Shown here piece after piece: positions 24,704 through 34,786 of a DNA stretch of 52,893 nucleotides. A program made the translations under genes and the position numbers. Position 1 is the first letter of the stretch, and the number at the start of each line of letters is the position of its first letter. The notes beneath the pieces were generated by a model. That model saw nothing but the letters and a program-made list of their open reading frames with translations, ran no database searches and was not told the origin of the DNA. This DNA is from Guillardia theta CCMP2712 (lineage: Eukaryota > Protista > Cryptophyta): positions 1 through 52,893 of the forward strand of contig NW_005434452.1 in NCBI RefSeq assembly GCF_000315625.1. The letters run 5' to 3'.

Positions 24704-25458
24704 GGTGTCGGTGGTTTCGACTGAAAAGTCTAATGTGTTGGTACTCGTATTGTACTCAATAAATTCGTAAAATATTCAACAGCAAGCTCGATGCTTAATA
24801 CTCTTCATTTCATCTTGCGCTGTAGGAATGCGTTGGTGCAGCCTGCTCTTATTTTTCCCCCTTGAGTTCCAGTAGTTTGCCTGCTTGGAACTAAGCTGCT
24901 ATGAGCACTCATTCGCCTCAACACCCTCCAGCGCTGTCGTTTAAGTACCATACGCATGTACATCATAGATCTGCGCGCTAGTGCTTGAACCCACACGTTC
25001 ACTTTGGTTGAGGATATGCCTAGCAAGGAGGGTTCACTAGCAACATGGAACTCAAGACCGCAGATAGACAATCGTATTCTTGAAGTCACAAGATTGCTGC
25101 TTTACACAACTACGCGGAGACCTTGACTCGACAAATTTTCACACACAGACAACCATGCAGAGACCTTGACTCAACAAGTTCGAGCCTCAATGCCAAGAGG
25201 AGGTATCGACAGGCGAAACAAGGCAATCATTCAAAATTCTACCTGATCAATATACCAAATTTTCCACGAGAATTCGTGTCGTTGTTCACCTATATGGAAA
25301 TCGCAGTCAAATCCTACAGGGGCTTTGTGCATTTAAGGACATTTTAATCCGGAAACAAACTAGGAGATTCAAAGCATCTGAACGGAATGAATACTGAGGA
25401 TGTTGGTTTTGTGAGTTTATGAACTAAAATACCAATATGAAGCTAACTCTGGACGAGC

Positions 25459-25563
25459 TTAGAACCACTCGCCGAAGTAGAGGGGGCGCTGCTCGTGGTG
25501 GAGGTACTCCATCTTCCACATCCAGAGCTCGGTGGTTTGGGCCTTAGCAACAGTCTGAAACAT
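25459..25563 (-). CDS. 34-aa microprotein MFQTVAKAQTTELWMWKMEYLHHEQRPLYFGEWF
   Basis: Not in the ORF track. Shares the LWMWxxEYxHHEQxPLxF motif with the 38-aa gene; acceptor-like TTTTGTAG lies 2 nt before the ATG. Confidence 0.75.
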   Translation of the reverse strand: MFQTVAKAQTTELWMWKMEYLHHEQRPLYFGEWF

Positions 25564-26564
25564 TACTACAAAACCGAATTAGTGATTAGCAATACAACAG
25601 ACAATTTGAACATAAACGAACATTTAAACATGTTCAAGGCAAACAACACCAATGCACAAACAATGTACTAAGCACTGTCAATGACACATTCAACCCGCTT
25701 CACTCATCGTTGCCCGCAGACAAGCAGGAGGTAAAATCAGGTTGTGTATCAATCCCGCTAGTTACATCAATGAACTGAACAAGACAGTTCTCATTCAACC
25801 TTGCACATTCTACAAGCACCATCACAGACTCATATTCGACATACCGAGTGGTTCGTGTTCGTCAGGGCGCCTCCTCTCTCCTTTTACGCACCTAACGGGT
25901 ACCCACCCTAACCCCATCGTTCACTACCCCCTAGGTATCGGAATCTGATTCTCGAAATACCCTCCTCTACTTCGTACCCCTTCTCACTAGCAACCGAGTA
26001 CTAAGAGGGGGTCATTTTCCCTCAAAGCAGTCTTTCTGAATGACCCCATTCATGCGAAAGAGGTGTCTCAAGCGAACTGGGGTCGGTGTGTCAAAAGCAG
26101 GGGTGTAGAGACATCAAGGAGGGTGATTAGCCTAGAATGTGGGGGGTGGGGAGAGAGGTGGGTGGTCGTTCTATTTTCGGAGAGCTAAAAGGAGCTGGTT
26201 AGGAGGCCCTATCTCGCATAGGTCGAGCCATAGGAAGTAGAATCATTCAACAACTGTAACTACCATGTAACGGTTTGAGCAGCTCGAATGACGGTTATAG
26301 AACAGTTACAGTCAATTATTTCTGGGTGATGACGGTAATAGATCGAGAAAAAAAATCTATTTCAGGGGGAAAAAAAGAGTATATAGGCTTCCGCGAGAAA
26401 GAGGAATCACAAGAACAGTGAGTGCATTCTCTCTCCATGCATGTGGTGTGGTGCAATGCCGTTACTATTCGTCATTGATTGTAATCTTCCTTGATAAGTG
26501 ATGTTTGCTTTCCTCTTCTTCACCTTCAATTGTTTAAACACATTTTGTTTACCTTTGCTCTCAG

Positions 26565-26750
26565 ATGTTCCAGACCCTCTACGGACAGACCGCTGCTGCT
26601 CTCTACGCCAAGGCTGCTGGCCAGAACGCCCAGGCCCGCCAGCTCTACAACGCCTCCGCTGACACCTACTACAAGGCCAACGATGCTGCTGCCTACGACG
26701 ACTGGGTTCGCGCTCGCAACCACTGGGACTACTTCTACAACCGCTCGTAA
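26565..26750 (+). CDS. 61-aa Ala/Tyr-rich microprotein (MFQTLYGQTAAALYAK...WDYFYNRS), copy 1
   Basis: Strong codon bias (TAC, AAC, GCC/GCT, GAC) and an identical second copy; CAG acceptor immediately before the ATG. Confidence 0.85.
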   Translation: MFQTLYGQTAAALYAKAAGQNAQARQLYNASADTYYKANDAAAYDDWVRARNHWDYFYNRS

Positions 26751-26932
26751 GCGTTTGTAGGGAAATCATCCCGCTTGTAGAATTTTGGGGGTCTAGACAA
26801 GGAGGGTAGGAAGACCGAGCTACTCTTTGATACACTATCGGTCAAATAATACAAAAGGCAACGCCAAAAAATCAAATCTGTTGGTTTCTTGATCCTGTAG
26901 AGAGCCAAGGCTCTCAAACTGGAATATAGCTC

Positions 26933-27070
26933 TGTTGTATGTGAGTGACGTTGTGGATGCTACATCCTGTAGTTGCGCATGAAATCGATTTTGAGGTCTC
27001 AACTTTGCTCTTGTGTATGTGAGTAACATTTGGAATGCTGCATCCTTTTGCTGCGCATGCAATTGATTTG
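26933..27070 (+). repeat. Imperfect ~60-bp direct repeat between the convergent micro-gene copies
   Basis: TGTATGTGAGT...ATGCT.CATCCT...TGCGCATG.AAT.GATTT occurs twice. Confidence 0.65.
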
Positions 27071-27451
27071 TTGAAGGCTCAGTGATCATCATGGGGGGAT
27101 GTTAATGTTCATTAAAGAAACCGACAAAACTGCGAGGGTGATATGTATCCATTGCAGACATGAAGAAGAAAGTATTCATTTCATACATTCATCAATCGTT
27201 CTAAGGTGTTGCGAATTTCACCGTTCTCATCAGTTTCCTCTGTGCAACAAGTGGTTGCTCAGCTGTAGCCGAACGAAACACATGGTCAAGATACATGGTA
27301 CAGCCATCATCGAAAATGGTTGATTCATCGTAACAGCAGAACTTTCTAAGGTGACAAAGCACAATTCCTTGTTTTCGGAGAACATTGCTTTTATGTTTAC
27401 TTTATTCGAGAACAGCGGAAAGCTCTACTACAACGCTCAGAGATTTACGAT

Positions 27452-27637
27452 TTACGAGCGGTTGTAGAAGTAGTCCCAGTGGTTGCGAGCGCGAACCCAG
27501 TCGTCGTAGGCAGCAGCATCGTTGGCCTTGTAGTAGGTGTCAGCGGAGGCGTTGTAGAGCTGGCGGGCCTGGGCGTTCTGGCCAGCAGCCTTGGCGTAGA
27601 GAGCAGCAGCGGTCTGTCCGTAGAGGGTCTGGAACAT
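27452..27637 (-). CDS. 61-aa microprotein, copy 2 (inverted, identical CDS)
   Basis: Reverse complement is identical to 26565-26750; different flanks; TTTGCAG acceptor before the ATG at 27637. Confidence 0.85.
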   Translation of the reverse strand: MFQTLYGQTAAALYAKAAGQNAQARQLYNASADTYYKANDAAAYDDWVRARNHWDYFYNRS

Positions 27638-28999
27638 CTGCAAACAGCCCCTCAATTACCAATCGGAACATTCACGGAATGTGTTCAACAATCAATCATC
27701 GATCATAGACGATATGCAAACAGAGAAAGGTATTCAAATCAATCTCTTTTGACGACCATATGCAATTAAGTCATCGAAGGAGAAACATGAGATTGCGAAA
27801 GATGACAACGAATCCATGAAAAATGCGGTTTTCTGACTCAATGCAACAAATCAAACCACGAGGAGATGCATTGATCATGTGTAAGCTTGTTCTCATCACC
27901 ACATACACATGTCAAGCATGTTGTCAGGCATGTACGGACCTTTCCTTGCCTCCTCTCCTCCCTCCCCGCGTTTTAAAAACCCTCTGTTCCCGAAATAGAA
28001 TACTACCCCTCCCCTCCCATTCACCAAAATACCACCCTACGTTCTCGTAGATTCTCAAGTCTCAAGTCGTTACAGCCGTTCTTCACAGAGTCAGTCAGTC
28101 GCCGGGCCGGCCGGGCCCGGGGCCCGGGTCACTGTGACGGACCCGACTGTTGCGGCCAGCGCGGCTCAGTGCCGGCCCGGGCCCGGCCCCGGGTGCCCGG
28201 CCGCCGCGGGCCGGCCCACTGTCAAGAATCTTTCACGGTACTCAAAGCCTGGTAAGTTTGGGCTGAGCCCATCATGGCATGCTCGAGTCGCCGACTCGGC
28301 GATGATGATGATGATGACTGAGTCATCACTGATGGGCCAGTGCCAGCGGCCCGCCGGGCGGGCTGCCGCCGACACTGTCACAGTGTGTGTTGTGTGTCGG
28401 AAATTGAAAGAACTTCGGAGAGCACGGGGCCCGGGGGGCCGAGGCACTGCCACCCGGTTGTCACGGTGGCGACTCTGAGGCCGCTCAGCCGACGCCCGGC
28501 CGGCCGGGCCTACTGGCCACCGTGACTGAGCCCATAGTAGTGTTGAATCGGACCGTACTGTCACCCGGCGCGCTTGAGATCAGTCAGCCGCCTGGCTCAG
28601 CCACCCGGACAGGGGCCGTAGCCGAGCGGCCTGGCGGCGGCGGCCTGAGCCTCAGCCCGGCGGGCCGCCGCACCGTCCGACCGTACTACGGTACGGTCTT
28701 TACTCAAAGTTAAGTTAAAACTACCCCGACCGGGCCGCGCGCACCTCGGCCCCGGCCTGCCCCAAGCTTCTTCTCGATCCAATGGGACCTTGTGCCTCGT
28801 TTCGCACCCTGCGATGGAGGGGGCGGAATGTGATGATGGGGAAAGAACGGGGAGAACGGGAGAGCGAGAGAGAGGAGGAAGTAAGAAAGAGGAACATGAG
28901 AGGAAAGGAGGACAAGCACGAGGTGAGGAGGACAGGAGAGAGTGCTGGCCGTTCAGTCGAGCGAAGAGAGAGGGAGTGATGGCGACTAGAATGTGAGGA

Positions 29000-31900
29000 C
29001 GAGCAGTGAAGATTGAGGGGACTGGATTGACAAGGCTCGTTGTGGAATGCGTGTACATGCGAGGTAGATAGACAAGAAGACAAGCATCTGGAAGATAATC
29101 AGAGGCAGATAGCTAGGCATCCATGGACCCATTGGAGTCTCGATGATAGTGAGGGAAGTTCGGGCGTGTGTTGAATCCCACCAATCCAGGAAAGCCTCCG
29201 AGCCAGTCAATCCTCTCCACAGAGGAGACAAGGGATCGGCGTGCATGATGAAGCTCCGGTGGATCTTGATGTGCACAGCGGGGGCCTGTGTGTGCTGACT
29301 GCCAAGTAAATGGACGGGTTGAGAGGCACAGTCAGCAGCTTGAGGTGAGCAGCTTGTCCTTGGTCGGTCCATCCTTCTGATTCATCGCATGCGGCAGAAA
29401 TCTGTTGCACGAAGCTCTGCAGCATGACGTGGTAGGAGAGAGGGTGCATGCGGGTCATAATGCAAGGGCCGATATCGAGCCCGCTTCTGTGTTGCAAGGT
29501 GGTCAACAAGCATGCTTGCGTTCTTGTGATTGTCTTCCGAGACAGACTTCTCCTTGCTTAACCTCCGCCCGGTCTTTGACGACAAGGATGGTCAGGAATA
29601 GATGCCCTCGAGCAGCAAGAGAGTTAACGTTCCTTTGTTCAGACCCCGCGCAACGGAGAGCCGTTATGCTGCAACATGCACTGCGACAGCTGGCGTCCCT
29701 CTCTGAAGACAAGGAGATCCGCAGTCTTCTCATTGAAGTACCTCCTTCTCCCCTTTCCCTTCTCCTCCTCCCCCTCCTGACCGCCCAACCCCCCCTTTTC
29801 CTCCTCCCTCTCATCCTCCCAACACCACAGCTACCAACACCTGTTCCCTTCCTGCGTTCTGCTCCTATCTCCTTTTCCTCACACCGACGCAGATGCATGT
29901 ACAAGATGACTTGCTAGCGGTTGTCTCCAAGAACGTCCAAGAGGATGAGGGTGTTTGCTTTGCCGCACTGAATATCCTGGTCAATCTGTCGATGTGTAAG
30001 GTGAGGTATGGACGTGGTGCTATGAAAATTGTGATGTTCTTTCATAAGGATTCCCGTCATTCTCTCTACCAGACAAGTAAAGTTTCTTGTTCTTCCAACT
30101 TTCTCTTACAGCTCTTGGATGTCAAGATGGACTCCCCGAAGTCTTGTTGAAGATCCTGAGGTCTTCTCCTCCTGCTAGCAGGTTGCTTACAGGCAAGATT
30201 TTAGATGTAGAGGGTCAGATTGAGTGACTTTGTAAACAGCCTCTGTCACTCTTGTAAGGAATTTGTCAGATCAGGTTCAAGATTTCTCCCAATACCCCCT
30301 TGTCTCTTCTTTCCGTATCCATCCCCTCCTCTTCTTACCCCAACTGCCTCCCCCGGCTCTCTTCTCCCTGCTGTTTCATCTTCAATCACCCTGGTCTTCA
30401 TCTTTGCTCATGCTGGCTGTCAGGGAGGGGGAGACAATCGCGTTCAAATGTTCAAGGTGCTTCTAATTTCCTGTCCGTTTCTGACATCAGCAATGACGAC
30501 GCCCGTGCTTGTAGTCCGGGATAGTGAACGAGGTTATCAGTATCATCAAGAGGGAAGGCTCCAATAGAGAGGGAGAGGTCGTAAATGCGGCTCTATCCGC
30601 ATTGTCGAATGTTGCTAGTCACAACCCTTCTCGCCCGAAGCTTTTGAGAGAGAAGGTGCGGAGAGTTGGAGGAACCTGCTTCTCCTCCTTCCTCCTCCTC
30701 CTCCTCCGTTTCTCCCTCCCTCCCTCCCTCCCTCCCTCCCTCCCTCCCTCCCTCCCTCCCTCCCTCCCTCCTCCTTCTCATACACTCCCTCAGGGTTTCG
30801 TCGACACTCTCATGGACGTCATTCGAAACTCAGAACCAAACTCACGGCCTCTGCGAACAGCGCTGGTGTTCTTGCAGGCTTCACTGTCTTGACTCAGACG
30901 CTGACGACCTGCCATGCGCCAGGTGACGCTGACCAACCTGAGCTGCCACAAGGAGAACAGGTTCGACGAGGGACGGACAGGCACATGCGTTGACGCGCAT
31001 CTCGCAGGCTCCTGATGATTGAGATGGGAATTGCTGACCTCCTCATCACTGTCACCTTGACTGCGATGCCGAACTCAAAACACCTGGAGGTGACATGGAG
31101 GAGAGGAGAGAAAGAGGACAGGGGAGAGGAGAAGGTGTGAACGTGATTGTAACTGGGAACGAGACAGGCGGCGCTAGTGATGCTAGTCAACATGAGCGTG
31201 ATGCAGGTGACTTGTGATCGTCTTGCTTGCTCCTCCTCCCCCTCTCGTCTCCTCATCTCTCTTCGATAGGAATGTCGCAAGGCTTTGGTGTCTGGAGGGA
31301 CGGGGGAAGCGGCGATCGCCGTCATCAGAGCCTGCATGGGGTACGAGAGCAGCGCAGGGGCCGGAGGCAGCGCGACCAAGAACATGGAGATTGCGTTGAA
31401 GCTCGTCCAGAACTTGTCGGCGGATGAAGAGACTGGTCCTTCCTGCCTCGGCGAGGCCGGCTTGACGCTCTGGCGCTGCAGGAGAAACTTTGATCGAGCA
31501 TGGAGCTCTCGACATTGCTCTGCTATGTGCAAGCAGTACGGATCCCAAGGCAGGAGGAGGAGGAGGAGGAGGAGGAGGAGGAGGAGGAGGAGGAGGAGGA
31601 GGAGGAGGAGGAGGAGGAGGAGGAGGAGGATGGGGATCTGACGTCTGGGCTGAAGGTCTGCATACGGTCTACTGACGNNNNNNNNNNNNNNNNNNNNNNN
31701 NNNNNNNNNNNNNNNNNNNNNNNNNNNNNNNNNNNNNNNNNNNNNNNNNNNNNNNNNNNNNNNNNNNNNNNNNNNNNAAGAATCATTTATTTATTACGAA
31801 ATTTCGAAATTCTCACTCTGGCTTATCACTTGTTTCATTAGATATCATGAGAGGGGTTTTGTAAAGCTCTTAGAGAGCAATTTCTTGTTGTGAGGTTTTT

Positions 31901-33445
31901 GTTGAGTGCGAAAGAGTGAGTGTCGTGTAAGCACGTATTGATAAGTGCCAAAGAGTGAGTCTCTTGTAAGCACGTCGTTGGTGCGAAAGTCGTTAGAGTC
32001 TTGTTAGCACATCTTTTTTTTCGTGTGGATGATCCAAGGATCTTGGAGGCACGTGGAATAAAAGTTGGAGGGCCTAGAAGAGTGGAGTAAGGGAATTTCT
32101 CCAGAACACTATAAATTTGGTGTCATTTACTTTACGCTCTTTATTTTATCGTATTCAAATTTTTTTGCGCTCATATATTGTTTATTGCTAAGACTTTATT
32201 CCGAATTAATTTTGAAGTTTGAAAAATATTTATTACTTGAAATATTTATTAGTGGAGGAGGAGGAGGAGGAGGAGGAGGAGGAGGAGGATCTTGACGCTG
32301 ACCTTGCTGTTAGATCTGTGCTGTTGCTGCTGGTATCCTTTCCAACCTCGCGCTCTATGCTGGGAAGGAGGACAGTGGGGTCATGGTGGCGCTTAGGACG
32401 GGTGCTGCCTGCTCGACTTGTTGCTTGAGCCTCTGACGCTGCTGGCAGACGTGGTGGCAGGCGTGCTGGCTTCGCTCATCGATCAACCAGGACGAGCAGG
32501 TGCTGCCGCTCCCCTCGCTCCCTCCTCACCATCTTCAGGTCTCTCGGCCTCCAAGGCTGCAGCCTATCTCTACGGGCAGCACCAGGACAGTGATCAAGTC
32601 CGTCCTGCTCCTGGCAGCCTCCTGCTCACCCTGTGCAGGTGCAGGACCATCCGCTGATCGTCTCCTGCCGCGCGTGAGTCTCTCCTCCTCTCCTCCTCTC
32701 CTCCTCTCCTCCTCTCCTCCTCTCCTCCTCCCTGCCGTGACTCCCAGCAGGGCGCTGGACCGACTGTGCGAGGCCTTGCGGCACACTCTGGAGGGAAAGG
32801 TGAGGAAGAGAGGAGGAGTAGAGAGGGTGAAGAGGAGCAGGAGCTGTTCGGGGTCATCTTCGACGTTGACGAACTCGTCCTCGCTGTTTACTACATCTGC
32901 GTGAGTGTCGAAAGGAGGAGGAGAGGAGAGAGAAGCGAGGAGGAGCGAAAAGACGTGGCGAAGCAGGAGAAGTGGAGGGGAGGAAGAGAGCCTGTGGAGG
33001 AGGAGGGTCAAGACGAAAGTGGGGGGGGTGGCAGCAAGCTTTTGACGGCTCTGCGCCAGAGGAATCGGATGAATCAGGAGACGTTCCTAGCAGCGGGAGG
33101 TTGGCCCCTCCTATGCAGGGCAAGTATCCTCTGCTCCTGGAGCGAGTCAGTGAGGTGTGTGGCAGGTGATGCAGAGGGAGGAGACGACTCGACGCACAGC
33201 CTTCTTCACCCTCCGTACCCTCCACCGTCTTGCGGTACACCGCTCGATGTCGCCCTGGTCATTTGGTGTCTGAACCTCCTCCTCCTCCTCTTTCTCCTCT
33301 AGCTTCATCCTGCTCTCGCTCAAGAGCTACAGGCCAACAGCTGGGTATGGCGCCGCATCCTGGGCTCAACTCCTCTGACTCGATTGACTCAGGTTCGAGT
33401 TCTGCAGGAACGAGGAGACGACAAGACGAAGGAGAACGAGACTGA
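29000..33445 (+). CDS. Armadillo-repeat protein, many small exons; boundaries approximate
   Basis: ARM-like segments: AALNILVNLS, AALSALSNVASHNPSRPKLLREKGFVDTL, TLTNLSCHKENRLLMIEMGIADLL, ALKLVQNLSADEE, MIEHGALDIAL. Confidence 0.7.
31552..31629 (+). repeat. (GGA)n microsatellite
   Basis: Directly visible. Confidence 0.95.
31778..32252. other. AT-rich insertion-like segment with three ~38-bp imperfect tandem repeats inside an ARM-gene intron
   Basis: Abrupt AT-rich composition; GTGC.AAAG...TGT.AGCAC repeated at ~31906-32012; left end lost in a gap. Confidence 0.45.
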
Positions 33446-34007
33446 TACCATCATCGCTGAGCTCCAGCAAGCAAAGTTCTTCCTCTAATCTCATCCGTCC
33501 TTCGGCACTGCTGCTCCCCATAGTTGGTCTTTTCTTCTTTTTCCTCGGCCCTTCTCTTCCCCACCCCCCTCCCCCGCCCTCCTCTCCCCTGTCCTCTCCT
33601 CTCCTCTCCTCTTCTCTTCTCTTCTCTCCTCTTCTCTTCCTTCCCCTTCTCTCCTCTCCTCTCGGCGTGCTTCATAATAGTGTTTCTTTCTCTACTGTCA
33701 TAGTACACTCACCCTTCAGTTCCTGAGTCAGTGCCGCCGCTGTACTTAGCCCGGCCTGCCCGGCTGCCGCACTGTGGCGAGTCAGAGTCCGGGCAGCCCC
33801 TGAGCCGCCGGAAGTTCCGGCCTGTCACCCGATCGGTGATCCCGGAGCCGGGCCTGGAGTCGCACCGACGGGAAGTCACGTTCCGAGTTCAAGTGCTACG
33901 CCCACTACCGTACTGTGACGGTTGCCGGCCGCCAACTCCCGTGTCACGTCACAGCCTGGCAGTGTGTCAAACCGGCGGTACCGTCTGGAATGCCCCGACC
34001 TGGCACC

Positions 34008-34151
34008 TCTTCTCGCCGTGTGGCCTGTGCGACAGTGTCCGGGCCCCCCGGACTCATGATCAGGGTCCGACGGTCAAGCCTCCCGGTCGTCTCTCCTGAT
34101 TATCCTCGTACTGATTTTTTCAGCCTGTAACTTCGCTTAATTTTGAGTAAA
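34008..34151 (+). mobile_element. Diverged copy of the right end of the 6816-7299 element
   Basis: Shared blocks TCTTCTCGCCGT.TGGCCTGTGCGACAGTGTC, GGTCAAGCCTCC, TCCTCGTACTGATTTTT and TTTGAGTAAA in the same order. Confidence 0.75.
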
Positions 34152-34786
34152 CTACCCACTGGACCAGGCGTGGAACCGTGGGGCCGCGGAGTGACGAACC
34201 GTTGTCGGAACGGCCCGAGTTCCGTGTTCGGAACTCACCGTCCCGGCGTCGGAACGGTCGCCGCCGCCTTTACTCGGAAATCGTCGGACGGCCCGGCGGC
34301 CTGGTCGGATCAGGGGCTGGAGCCTCGGCCCGGGTGACCGTCCGGGAGCAGGAGTCGGTCACTGGACGGGCCGGCGGACTGCCCGGCCCTGCCAGTGGCG
34401 GCCCCCGACGGCCGCGCGCCGCGGGCCGCCCCGGGCCCGGCGCCACCACCCACCTCACCTGCCCACCCAGCTGCCCACCACCCTGCCCACCACCGTCACG
34501 GGGTGTGTCAGTATGGGGATGAGGGTCACAGTCCGGTTTTGACGAGGCATTTTTAAGGGATGAGGGTGATGAGTTTTGTCGCCGCTATTTCCGTCGTCAT
34601 GGCGGATGAGCAGGTAAGGGACAAAGGACGCGACGGAGGCGAAGGATGGCAGGCAGGAAGGAGCAACGATTATGGAGCAAGAAGCACGAATGAGGAAGAG
34701 AGTGGCATGGAAGGGCTAGAGGTTGGAAGGAAGGAAGATAAAGTCACAAGGATAAAAGATGAAGATTAATACATGAAAGGGAGGAC

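Noticed and set aside
24805-25230. Possible additional small spliced gene on the minus strand within the micro-gene cluster
   Set aside because: Some splice-like signals, but I could not build a convincing frame or find codon bias.
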